Both the position numbers and the translations under genes were made by a program. The notes under the pieces are model-generated. The model made no database searches and had not been told where the DNA came from. It saw only the letters and a list, made by a program, of their open reading frames with translations. From Octopus sinensis (lineage: Eukaryota), in NCBI RefSeq assembly GCF_006345805.1, contig NC_042997.1, forward strand, positions 95,914,001 through 95,978,000: a DNA stretch of 64,000 bases, read 5' to 3'. Shown here in pieces: positions 39,858-51,848 of the stretch (position 1 is its first letter; each line of letters opens with the position of its first letter).

Positions 39858-39943
39858 CTTATTTGTGCACTTTCCATGGTATTATGAGCCCGCAGTTTTG
39901 TTACTAGAACAAATATAATGTTGATCAGAAAAATGAGGTTAGT
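39858..39943 (-). CDS. Class B1 GPCR exon: TM5 (second half) and ICL3
   Basis: Minus strand cag|ACTAAC...ATAAG|gttagt, 86 nt (phase 0 to 2), translates TNLIFLINIIFVLVTKLRAHNTMESAQI(R). Matches the secretin-family xNxxFLxNIxxxLxTKLR motif and joins the next exon in frame. Confidence 0.93.
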
Positions 39944-40223
39944 CTGTGAATGAAGGAGAGAAAATATTTAAATAAGATTTTAACATTGAATTGTGAGACG
40001 TGTCAGGAAAAAAACCCATAAATATAGCATTAATATGCAAATTATAAAGTTTTCAAAAATATATTTGCGTGTTAGAAAATGTATGAAATAATGAACAATA
40101 TTGCGATTTCAATATAACTCTAAAAACACAGACAGAAGTATATATATCCATTTGTGCATGTGTGTGTCAGAAAATATAATGAACAGAAATTTATACATAT
40201 ATATATATATATATAAATGATTA

Positions 40224-40685
40224 GTGTATGTGATCAAAGGCCAACTAAGATGGAGCGGCCATGTGGTTAGAATGACTGACGAACGACTTCCCAAACAGAT
40301 CTACTCCCAACTCAAAGACGACAAGCGTACAAAAGGAGGCCAGAAGAAACACTACAAGGACTCCCTGAAAACGAACCTCAAAAAGTGTGACATCGACTTC
40401 ACTAACAGGGAGGAAACGGCAAAAAACAGACCACTCTGGAAAACCACCATCCATGAGGGAACGGCGACTTTCGAGTCGAAGAGGTCTGCAGAGCTGGAGG
40501 AGAAAAGACGACGACGGAAGGAGCGCCAACAACAACCACGTGCGACTCTCCCTTCCGGCACTAGATGTCCGCACTGCGACCGATCTTTTCAAGCAAGAAT
40601 TGGTCTTATCGGTCACCTACGGACTCACCAGTAAATTTGCGCGAAGACCATCATCCTCGACCTTGAGGGATTGCCATCATCATCA
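40224..40685 (+). mobile_element. RTE-BovB-type LINE 3' fragment with a terminal C2H2 motif
   Basis: QLRWSGHVVRMTDERLPKQI...GGQKKHYKDSLK...CPHCDRSFQARIGLIGHLRTHQ*, followed by a (CAT)n tail. Confidence 0.9.
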
Positions 40686-40701
40686 CATTTAAACACTAAA
40701 G

Positions 40702-41170
40702 AGGCGACCCTTAACAGGCAGCCTTACACGCTAGAAGAGGCAGTCAAAAACGATCAAAACCACATTTAAGAGCAATTTGGAAGGGAATGAAAATTAAAAA
40801 GTTTTACCTTGTTTTTTACAGCCAAACCTAGGATTCAAACTCTAATTACTAAATAAAATAATTTGCTAGGCGGAGTTCTCATCAGTGACTATGCCAAAAC
40901 ATTAACATAAAATTTAGAGACAGAATAACACGTCTCTTCATTATAAATTATAATTTCTCAAATTCACTTCGCAAGCACGTAGCAACTGATGAAAACCCCG
41001 CTTAGCAAATTATTTTATTTGCTAATTAGAGTTTGGAACCTAGATATGACTGTAAAAAAATTAAGATAAATGTTTTTATTTTTCATTCCCTTCGAAATTG
41101 CACTTAAATGTGATTTTGATCCTTTTGACTGCTCCTTCTGGCGCGTAAAGTTGTCGGTTAAGGGTCGCCT
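40702..41170. mobile_element. Foldback element (~190-bp imperfect arms), one degenerate hammerhead per arm
   Basis: Ends AGGCGACCC/GGGTCGCCT. Left arm (-, 40819-40891): TAGTCA-CTGATGA-GAACTC...GAGTTT-GAAT-C-CTAG-G-TT-TGGCTG. Right arm (+, 40980-41052): CTGATGA...GGAA-C-CTAG-A-TA. Confidence 0.78.
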
Positions 41171-41312
41171 TAATTGTGATTAAATGTACACTAATTTTAT
41201 ATGGAGAATATATGTTGTCTATTGGCGTTTTATACATGCTAGGCCACTGGTTGTGAAAATTTTCCAAAATTCGCTACCCTATATATTTATTATACGTGTA
41301 CACACACACACA

Positions 41313-41343
<31 letters not shown>

Positions 41344-41392
41344 CACACACACACACACCACACACACACACACACATACACACACACACACA

Positions 41393-41449
<57 letters not shown>

Positions 41450-41455
<6 letters not shown>

Positions 41456-42249
41456 GCGGTGTGTAAATTGTCGCGATTTAATATTTATTTTATTTTGTGC
41501 ATGCACGTTCTTTGTCTTTGATTTTGTCGACTACAGATTATAATAGGGTCAGTTAAAAAACAACGCCCTTCACTCTGCTAGAAATTTGGAAACGACATGC
41601 TATACTGTTTGGCATTCGCCGGAAGGTCCAATACGAACACTTAAGAGTTGTTAGGTTTCAATCTGAGGACTGTGCAATCTGAGGTCATGTACCGAAAGTG
41701 ATAAAAATCAAACATCTAGTCACCGTGGTGTTTGGAGTTATCACTAGTGATGGTGATGTTATGCCTCCATTCATCCTTCAACACAGCCTCAGAGACTACA
41801 CGGAAGTCTACATCAAGTTCCTCGAGGAGGTAGTGCTGCCCTTGGTCACAAAGGTGGTTGCTGGAAGGCCATGTGTCTGGCAGCTGAACTCTGCACCATG
41901 CCACACAAGCAAGAGAACTCGGCCATGACTGTCAAGACAATTTCTGCGACCACATCACCCCTAACATCTGGCCATCTAACTCCCCAGACAGCAGCCCCTT
42001 TGATTATTATGTGTGGGGCGCATTTGAGCGAGAGGCCAAAAATCTCCTTGTAACACCAAAAATTAACTAAAGGCAAGGATTATGACCAACTTAAACAAGG
42101 TGACTGTCTGTAAGAGCTGCAGGAAATTCCGAATTCGTCAGGAGACCGTGGTTGAGGCCAATGGCGATTTTATTGAAAAAATTAACTCTGTTATATGTCA
42201 AGATATTTTTATGTAATTTGGTAAATATATCTGTTAAAATTATATCCTG
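41450..42249 (+). mobile_element. Second maT/DD37D remnant of the same family
   Basis: 5' end resembles 19893; VVFGVITSDGDVMPPF..LEEVVLP..APCHTS and WPSNSPDSSPFDYYVWGA. Confidence 0.85.
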
Positions 42250-43425
42250 ATATTGTTGTTCTTCAAAGGGCTGCTGACTATTTTACTTTCAACGCCGTCC
42301 TCACCCATCGATGTACCCTCACTGTCACAGCTTGCATCATATTCGTCACCACTTCATTACGATACGATAACTTCGTTCCACTCCGTGAAATCGTCCTCTC
42401 CATTCAGCATCATTGAACCTTTACCATCGATCTCCTCTGCATTTTCTCCTTCCACCCTTTCATCTCAATCCTCTTCCTTCTTACCGTTTTGTTTCTCTTC
42501 GTCTTCCTCCGCTTCCTCTGCATTCGCCTTACCTGCCACCTCACCGGTTACACTGTTCTTTTGTTCTTCTTCCTCCACTTCGTAGTTATCACGTGGCGCT
42601 TCTTGCGCTTCCTCTTCAGTTTTCTCCAAAGAACCACCTTTTCTTCTACATTCTTCGTGTACTTCGTCAACGATATCAAGATACTTTTTCACAAGAAAAC
42701 ACTCAACACACCTCAAGCTCGTATCGACAGTCTGAATGCCAGCAACTCGACAAAAGGGCAATGTTGGGTTCTGCTGTTTCTTTTTATTTTGTTTTTGATT
42801 TTGCACTGAAAAGATTTAAGCTTCCATCTTCAAAGACGCCCTTGGCATAAAACTTTGTGTATGTAACAGTGGCCAAACAAACAACCCGGTGCATGTAACG
42901 CATATCCCCGGAAGACTTATTTTACGCTGTATCCTGCGCCAATAAAAAGAAAGGACAGACCCCTCCAAAATGCAAACAGCTCAGCGGGTATAGCTGCACA
43001 AAGGGGTACCATGTTTGAAGTATAGTTGACACATTAAGACAACGAGCCAGAAAAGTTGTAGACAGGCAATGCAACGGCAAGATCAAAATAGTGAAAGCAA
43101 TGAATCAAGAGTTCAATCCTAGGCGCAACAGGCCACGTGTGGTAGCAGGTTCCTTATGACAATGGACCCCGTTTTGTAACGGGCCATGACGAATGAAATG
43201 TTGCTATTAGAATTTGAATCCGGCGTCCATTGGCCTTATTCACGAGCAAACTTGTAATGCATTCACGTACACATCAAAGAAATAAAATAACATAATAAAC
43301 ATCGTGAAAACAAGACTATGTTTTAACTTTTATTCAACTGATATATTATTCTATACACGTTCAAACAAATTCGAAAAAATGATAATATATATATATAGAT
43401 ATATAGACAGACAGATAGATAAATT

Positions 43426-43468
<43 letters not shown>

Positions 43469-43470
43469 AA

Positions 43471-44287
43471 TATGTGGTTCACTCTAGTGCTAAAAATAGA
43501 TCCGCTAATGGTATAGCCACTAAAAGTTGTTTCTAAGAAGAAATACCACTACATTTAACGTAAGGTAGGTGAAACACAACGAAAAATAGATTAACCCTGA
43601 ACAATTGTTTCATTATTAATGTAATATGCAATTTTACTTGCATAACATCCATAAATCTTCAGCAGAGGTTTGTCTTAAATACAATTTATTAAATCGCAGC
43701 GAGCGTCAAATACACGTGCGGTTTAATCGATTGTATTCGTAGTTATGATTCAAATTTCCCCGCCAAAAGAGCGATAAGACTTACTGGAAACGAATACTGC
43801 ATAAAATATTTACTGCAGTATACTTAAATATATTTGGAAAGACGTGACTTATCTGTCGAGGGGTAATAAATATAGCATAATGAAAGTTAAATTTGTTACA
43901 GAAGATGTAGCAAAACGGCCCTCAAAAGTCCAGCTGAGAAACAGCGAACTTGTCCTAGTTCGGTCATACTGGAACGGCATATGGCCAAAATAATAATACC
44001 GGCGATACCACCAGAAATGAACGCTTGCTTGATTGTCGCGGCCGCCCTTCTCGACTTGGAAGATAAGATTTCCCCGCGATTTAATAAACCTCTGCTGAAA
44101 ATTTATGGATGTTATGCAAGTAAAATTGCATATTATATTAATAATGAAACAATTGTTCAGGGTTAATTTATTTTTACGTCGTGTTTCACTTACCTTACGT
44201 TAAATGTAGTGGTATTTCTTCTTGGAAACAACTTTTAGAGGCTATACCATTAGCAGATCTATTTTTAGCACTAGAGTGAACCACATA
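43471..44287. mobile_element. Foldback element (~205-bp arms), one hammerhead per arm and ~400-bp internal segment
   Basis: Ends TATGTGGTTCACTCTAGTG / CACTAGAGTGAACCACATA. Left arm (-, 43593-43670) has a complete HHR: CTCTG-CTGAAGA-long stem II-GAAA-C-AATT-G-TT-CAGGG. Right arm (+, 44087-44164) has core CTGAAAA. Confidence 0.85.
43832..44066 (+). repeat. 235-bp segment duplicated at 46837-47071
   Basis: Direct alignment by eye: 8 substitutions and no indels. This copy lies inside the 43.5-kb foldback; the other is free-standing. Confidence 0.95.
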
Positions 44288-44407
44288 GTGGTCGCTCTCT
44301 AATATTTATGTATAAATTTGTATTTTCTCCCTTGGTTTTTATGTGCTAAGCCACTTGGTGTTAAATTGAGGGTATTATTAAATTAATATCAAATTTTTCA
44401 CCCTCAT

Positions 44408-44498
<91 letters not shown>

Positions 44499-44519
44499 TT
44501 GATAGATAGACAGATAGAT

Positions 44520-44870
44520 ATGTTTCTTTATTAGCCACACAGGGCTGCACACAGATAGAACAAATTACAAGGTAGAGCTTTTCTTTTGAAGGTATTAAAA
44601 AAAAAAAAAAAAAAAAAAAAAGGAAGGGGGAGGTTCGATCAAAAGGGATCGTAAAAGGAGAGAAAGAGGACAAAAATAAGGGGGGTTAAAAAAAAAAAAA
44701 AAAAAAAAAGGGGGGAGAGGAAAAAAAAATGATCAATAGGGATCGTTATCACAGAAATGTCAATATGAAGTGTAAAGGGAGGACAGGTGAGGTTTACCCG
44801 TGGAAAGAAAAGCCTGCAGAAAAGACCACGGTAACCTCGGTCAATGAAGTCACATTTTATATTTCTTTTT
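44520..44870 (-). mobile_element. Probable LINE 3' end
   Basis: Minus strand ends CCCTGTGTGGCTAATAAAGAAA next to a (TAGA)n tract, with T/C-rich internal runs; no coding signal seen. Confidence 0.35.
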
Positions 44871-44984
44871 TTTTTTTTTTTTTTTTTTTGCAAATAAGCA
44901 ACTCTCTGTTTTCGATTTCTGGGTTCATAGGACTATGCTCAAGGTGGCTTCGTCATTCATACGTGCCATTCTTGCTACATTCAC

Positions 44985-45033
<49 letters not shown>

Positions 45034-45034
45034 C

Positions 45035-45066
<32 letters not shown>

Positions 45067-45782
45067 ATAGAGAGATATATAGATAGACAAACAGACAGAT
45101 AAATAGAAACATACATACATAGATACATACATGCACACACAGACATGTATACAAATTATGCATAATATATATAAAATATGGATATATTTATGTGGATATA
45201 TAATTATGTATAAACACACGCAGACATATATCAGTGTGTGCGAGTATATATATGTGTTTGTCGTAAATATTTTCATGTTTGCAAGACATAGTACTGATTG
45301 TAGTAGCATTAATATAGTAAATGTTGTGGTGATAGCGGCACTGAGTTAGCCCAATGGCTTAGAGTACGAATCCATACATATATAGGTAGAGGTGTGCATA
45401 CATACACTCATGGCTACATGCACACGCACACACGCACGCGCGCGCGCGCGCGTGCGCGCCAATATAAGTATTATCGGCCACATATACTTAACGTATAAAT
45501 ATTGTGTTTTTGCTGGTAGGCAGCGATTTATACATATATACTAATTATTGAATTATAAAGAGAAAGCGATTCAGGAAATGATAGTCGAAAATGATTAATG
45601 TATATCAATATTTCAAATTCAGGACCTCCTCTGGAAATTTATCGGAGATATGTCTATAAACGCATAGTATTGAAACAGAAGTTACCTCAATACTATTTTC
45701 CCGAATTTTTTCTGCAGAAACGGAACTAGCCATGAATTATTGAAATATAAGGTAAAAGTATTGATCATCAATGTTTGTTATA

Positions 45783-45828
<46 letters not shown>

Positions 45829-46526
45829 TATTTATTTTTTTTATTATTACACGGAACACTGCTCGTGGATTTCAAAGAGGAAGGACGTGTTCTCGTGAGT
45901 TATAAGATTTTGTGCAATAACATTGCCGTATCTGAAAAATGTTTATGACATTTCTATGGCCAGACCGACTGGGCTCTAGGCGGGACTTTTCCCCTTTTGG
46001 GGCAAATTTTCAACTTAAAATCTCCAGCTTTTCATTTTTCGATTTTTAAATTGGTAACAATGTCCTTGGAGAAGAGTGTCAGCTCTTCCTTTCTTTTCGA
46101 CTTCCCTTCCCCGCAAATATTTAAAATTAATTTTATCCGCCCACTCCGCGCCTTAAAAGGCAGAGAGTGGGACGACAAAAGCTTTCCTACCGCGTGCAAC
46201 ACAGCAAAATAAGGAAAAGAAAGAAAAAAAACTGCGAGAATGAAGAGAAAAAGAGCAAGGAAATTCAGATAATGGGTGCTGCCTGCTTTGCAACACCGGT
46301 GGATCCAAGCCCTCCAACTACCACAAGAAACACTAACACATTGGCCATCCAACAACAACAACCCAATGCATTAAACAGACGAAGTTTTGCTTTAATAGCA
46401 AAACCAAGCAATGAATTAATAGATGTCTGTAGAACCTCGCAATGGCTACAGAAACATTTTAAAAAGTAAAAGCGAATGATGCGTTTCGATAAACGTATCA
46501 ACAGATATTATAGAGAAAACAAACAT

Positions 46527-46754
46527 GGCGAGCTGGCAGAAACGTTAGCACGCCGGGCGAAATGCGTAGCCGTATTTCGTCTGCCGATACGTTCGGAGTT
46601 CAAATTCCGCCGAGGTCGACTTTGCCTTTCATCCTTTCGGGGTCGTTAAATAAAGTACCAGTTTCCCACTGGGGTCGATGTAATCGACTTAATCCCTTTG
46701 TCTGTTCTTGTTTGTCCCTTCTATGTTTAGCCCCTTATGGGCAGTAAAGAAATA
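46527..46754 (+). mobile_element. tRNA-derived SINE, family B
   Basis: GGCGAGCTGGCAGAA head, GAGTTCAAATTCC B box, central GCCTTTCATCCTTTCGGGGTCG motif (resembles Deu/Nin-type domains, recalled), TAAAGAAA end. Partial minus copy at ~2530-2645. Confidence 0.8.
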
Positions 46755-46836
46755 CATAGTGTACAAAACTATATCATGAAAAGATAAACGTTTACAAACT
46801 GCCACAAAGCAAGTAGTTGAAAATTGCTTGCAACTC

Positions 46837-47071
46837 ATTTGGAAAGACGTGACTTATCTGTCGAGGGGTAAGAAATATGGCATAATGAAATTTAAATTTG
46901 CTACAGAAGATGTAGCAAAACGGCCCTCAAAAGTCCAGCTGAGAAACAGCGAACTTGTCCTAGTTCGATCATATTGGAACGGCATATGGCCAAAATAATA
47001 ATACTGGCGATACCACCAGAAATGAACGCTTGCTTGATTGTCGCGGCCGCCCTTCTCGATTTGGAAGATAA
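46837..47071 (+). repeat. 235-bp segment, second copy
   Basis: See 43832-44066. Confidence 0.95.
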
Positions 47072-47269
47072 AATCAGAATCATTGAAGTCGAGAAACAAA
47101 GAAAAACAAAACAACTTGACTGGTCAGGAAGTGGGGAAGGGCTGTCTATTTGTGCAGTAGGGAAAGATGAGTTTATGATGGCTAATAATCCTTTTCCTAA
47201 GCAACATATTGCAAGAATCGCATTGTATTATAGGTGCTGGTTGGGGTTGGTGGCTCTGTCTTTCCTCTC

Positions 47270-47487
47270 TCTCTTTACTCTTTTACTTGTTTCAGTCATT
47301 TGACTGCGGCCATGCTGGAGCACCACCTTTAATCGAGCAACTCGACCCCGGGGCTTATTCTTTTGTAAGCCCAGTACTTATTCTATCGGTCTCTTTTGCC
47401 GAACCGCTAAGTAACGGGGACATAAACACACCAGCATCGGTTGTCAAGCAATGCTAGGGGACAAACACAGACACACAAACACACACA

Positions 47488-47526
<39 letters not shown>

Positions 47527-47683
47527 GACGGGCTTCTTTCAGTTTCCGTCTACTAAATCCACTCACAAGGCTTTGGTCGGCCCGGGGCTATAGCAGAAGA
47601 CACTTGCCCAAGATGCCACGCAGTGGGACTGAACCCGGAAGCATGTGGTTGGTTAGCAAGCTACTTACCACACAGCCACTCCT
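47270..47683 (-). mobile_element. tRNA-derived SINE, family A (internal CA/TA microsatellite), near full length
   Basis: A box TGGCTGTGTGG, B box GGTTCAGTCCC, internal (TA)n/(GT)n, (AAAGAGT)-like tail. Partial copies at about 3856-4160, 4850-5175, 13983-14348, 24285-24560, 30410-30560 and 55660-55820. Confidence 0.85.
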
Positions 47684-47709
47684 TCATTCTAGCTGTTCTC
47701 TTTTCTTCA

Positions 47710-48060
47710 TAACGTGATGTCCCTACTACTATTACATTACGCCAAGGAATGCGTTGGTTGGCTATCATTTCCAAGTAATTTTGGTCTACTTTCAAGAATT
47801 TCTTTGAATTGGCCTTTGTAGCTTCGCGAAGGGCGTCCACGATGGCGTCTCTCAGTGTTCAGTTCCCCAAATAGTTATATCATTCGGAGCCTATTTCTTC
47901 CCCATGCGAGCAATGTGGCCTGTCCATCTGCGGTGCTTGATAACTGTGGCCTCCTTACTAATTTTTCCGCTCTCTTTATTACTTCAACGTTGGTAACTTA
48001 GCTTGGCCATTCAACGTTCAAGATTACGTGGAGTATATTTTAATGCAATTGTTCAAGCTC
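47710..48060 (-). mobile_element. Decayed RTE-type 3' ORF fragment
   Basis: The minus strand reads, with frameshifts, KHRRWTGHIARM..LFGEL..RRHRGRP. Confidence 0.6.
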
Positions 48061-49598
48061 TTTCAGGTTATTGTGGTAAAGTATACATGTCTCACACCTA
48101 TACATCCGGGTAGACAAAAGTATGACAATGTACACCATCACTTTGGTTTGCATAACAAGATTACAGCTCCCAAAGACTCTACTGGGAGTAGAGCATAATG
48201 TATACATGCATATATACTTAGATATATCCTAACACATACACACGCACGGCGCAATAACAACAACGTGGGCATTGGTGCATGACATTCTGAGAGACATGTT
48301 TCCACATACTGTGTCACGTCAGTAAAAAGTTCGTTCGCTGAAAGTATAAGCAAAATCACCGACAACCTTTAGGCTCAGATTTCCAGCTGCTTCCTGAGGA
48401 AACAAATATATTCCAGAGTGCTGCGTGCCAATGAGTTGATTTCGTTAAACTCACTGTCGATGTAAATGGGAAGGTTTATTCCCCAAAGACGTACATTATA
48501 GCAATCAACATACTTTTCACTCGACTCTGCCTAAACTTTTAAGAATAAATATACAAACAATCGGTTCAAATCTTGCTGTTTACTGGACCATTGACGGTTT
48601 TCTAAAATAAAGAGTTTTGCATAAGATAAATATGCTGCGCATAAATCCGTAGCCTTTAATGTCGTTTGTATGTTTCTAACCATATGTCAGTCTCTCGTTA
48701 TCATCTCTACCGATTTTTTTCTACTTCGCCTTCTTTCTCCATCCATCTATGCATACATACAATTGAACATAAAATCATCCACATATATATATATATATAT
48801 ATATATATACAAGAGAGATTCTGTTTTTCTGTTTGTCGCACAAAACATAAGGGAAAAACATCTCATTTATAAGCGTGAGTGTTTTGTCAACTTTCATACT
48901 TTAAATATGGAGATGATAATGATGATTATGGTCTGACCAGAGCTAAAGCACCAACATTTTCAAAGAATCGACACCTTTCAATCCCACTCTCCCCCTCTCT
49001 CTATTATCTTTCTATTGGCCGGAAATTGTCCTGTGGCGAGAATAGTCAGCGTTCAAGACACTGACAACCACAACATCATATTTATTTATTCAATTGTTTA
49101 TTCAAGGATGGTAAGTTCTGCCAAATTACTCACTCTCTCTCTCCCTCCCTCTCTCTCCCTCTCTCCCTCCCTCTCTCTCCCTCTCTCCCTCTCTCCCTCC
49201 ACTCTCTACCTCTCTCTCTCCCCTCCCGCTCCCTCTCTCTCCCCTCTCTCTCCCTCTCTCTCTCCCTCTCTCTTCCTCTCTCTAATGACTGCCACAAGTA
49301 AAAAAAGAAAAGCATTCTATGGTCAATACGTTCAACTAAACATTATTCAAGGCGGTGCCCCAGCATGACCAAAATCTAATAACAGAAAGAAGTAAAACGT
49401 GAAAAGAATTTAGTCGAGTGAGTGTTTTGTACATTTCCACCAATAGAGCAGAACTCTAAAGAAATGGCGCTGCTATTTTGTTATCTGTCTGTCTCTCTCT
49501 TTCTCACTCTCTAAAAGAATACATATACGCACGCACACACACGCACGCACACACACGCACGCACACACACATACACAGGCAGATAAACACACACACAC

Positions 49599-49629
<31 letters not shown>

Positions 49630-50401
49630 TATATTCGTTCTTGTTTCAAATAAACTTATTTTTCTAACTTTTCCGTTCAGATATAAATATACAAATTTCT
49701 CTGATATAAGCAGATACCATCAGTCAGAAAAGTCATGCGCACACAGACACAAATACACAGCGAAACGAAAATCATCGACACACCAACAAAGAGACAACCA
49801 CACAATGCCTTGCCTTGCCCTACATTCCTGTAATATAGCCTCGGAATTTCAGCAAACACATTGACACTATTCAGCATTTGTCAATTCATTTCACTATTAC
49901 TTCCTGATATTCACATCAATTGTACTTTCATTTCATTAAAACTTACAGATATTGCTTATCAAAAACATTTCTCATTTCCTTAAGCTAGTGTTCTATATAA
50001 TATGCCTTTTTTCCTTGCATTAGTGGGAGATAGCGTCCGAATTTCATTTCATTATTACTTACTCATATTTATTATGAACAAATCTCGCTTACAAAGACTG
50101 GCGGAGAAGGAACACCAATCAAACGCACGACGTGCAACAGAAAACGATTATGAGACACGCGCACGGCTTGGTGATAAGCGTCAAAGAAAATCAACGAAAC
50201 GATAAATAAGCAAAATAACACATGCAACTCACTTCATATTGTCATATTATAAACAAACACAGGTCCATGTATGATCTACTTCAATTATTACCTAGTTTTC
50301 TCTTCTAAAATGAACACAAACAGGTTCAACGAATGTTTCGATAAACACAATAATAAAAGACAATATAACAAACTAAATAAAGATAACTATAATATAGTTG
50401 T

Positions 50402-50409
50402 TAATAATG

Positions 50410-50470
<61 letters not shown>

Positions 50471-50490
50471 TAATAATAATAATAATAATG

Positions 50491-50553
<63 letters not shown>
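50402..50553. repeat. (AAT)n microsatellite
   Basis: Directly visible; produces the poly-Asn and poly-Leu ORFs in the track. Confidence 0.98.
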
Positions 50554-50689
50554 GTAATAAGGGTAATGAGTATATGAACAATAGTAAGAAACGTAATAAA
50601 GTATACATAAAGAGATATGATATACCTAAGAATAACAATTTAATACCGATGATGTCTACTAATAATGATAATATAAAAAATATAAAAAT

Positions 50690-51390
50690 AAAAAAATATA
50701 TTATATGGTTAATTATTCCGTACAGGGATCAAGTTATGACTAGTATTATTAAGAAGACACTTAAAATAGTAAAAATGTTTTTTAAAAAGGAAAATAGTTA
50801 TTCAAATATAGTTTCCAATGAAACCATAAGAGTGGGATACTAAAAATCGCGGAATGCAGGCAATATCATCTCCTCTATAAATAATAAGAAATTAATTATT
50901 ATGATAGCATAATAAATAATAGCACTAGTCATAATGTAACCGATAGCGATAGAAGACTTAATCAACATATAGAACAAAGTTCATGTCGTGATAAGACTAA
51001 ATGTAAGGTCTCAAATAATTGTAAAATAGATAATGTAGTTTATAAATGTATAGTTAACTCTAAGAACAATAATAATAAAATTATAAATAAGGCTTATATT
51101 AGATCTATAGCTAATGAAATTTTAAAAAAAGAATATCTCAACACTACCAGACACTTAAAATTCCCAATTTAAGTAAGTTTACAGGCTTAAGTAAATATAT
51201 ATGGGAATTAAATTCTAGAAAAAGAGAGGACACCATTAATTGGAATATAATAGGTAGACCCCACTCTTATAATATTGGGAATAAAATGTGTTTATTATGC
51301 ATAACTGAATTTATGCAGCTACTACAGTCTAGAGATAAATTTTTAAACACACGTGATGAATGAAGAGTAAAATGAAGCACTGAACACCAA
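50690..51390 (+). pseudogene. Decayed Penelope-like GIY-YIG endonuclease region
   Basis: IIWLIIPY..KKTLKIVKMFFKKENSYSNIVSNETIRVGY*, then CRDKTKCKVSNNCKIDNVVYKC, YI.S.ANE/FKKRISQHY, LSKYIWEL and a KC..LCITE-like end. This is the motif order of Neptune/Nematis-type PLE C-termini, with stops and frameshifts. Confidence 0.8.
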
Positions 51391-51848
51391 CCCCTGAATT
51401 AAATAACCACATAATTTTATTTCTAAAGCACTTGAATAGACTATATAAAAACAAATAATGAAATAGATTTTTAAAAATAGATAAATAAATAATGCAATAA
51501 TTTAAATAAAATGAATATATGAATTAAATATTACTAAAATTATATAATAACAAATTAGATATACCTCCCAATATAGGTAAATCTGAAAATAACAATAGAG
51601 GGTAATTTAAATTAAAACGATGTATAGTGTAATTACCCACCTTGGTACTAATCACCTATATATACCAATAGTTCTCTGCAATCTTCTTCCTTAACTCACC
51701 ATTTTAGTACCAGCAAAAAAAAAGATATGCATTTGAATTTTTCTTGCTATATATCAAATTTAAACCAAGACATTTTTATTCTGACGTTTAATCTTATATC
51801 TCAGATTCTGTTATTGACATATACTTGATTTTACATGATATATATATA

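Noticed and set aside
23529-44287. Classifying the 23.5, 40.7 and 43.5-kb foldbacks as ordinary MITEs
   Set aside because: Each arm holds a correctly ordered hammerhead fold and no consistent TSD was found (TA is possible only at 43.5 kb). A MITE origin is not formally excluded.
44890-44985. CECSKNGTYE resembling the class B ectodomain CxxNGTW motif
   Set aside because: It is followed at once by a stop, lacks the Trp, starts in a microsatellite and is in the wrong exon order.
45420-45460. (CA)/(CG)n run as a functional Z-DNA site
   Set aside because: It is a short microsatellite variant with no context suggesting function.
50271-50843. 190-aa Asn-rich ORF as a host protein
   Set aside because: The Asn run is an (AAT)n tract; only the end is meaningful, as part of a dead PLE ORF.
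51575-51635. CTGAAAA...AAAACGATGTA as a hammerhead after the PLE ORF
   Set aside because: Both core segments are mutated and there is no convincing stem I or II.
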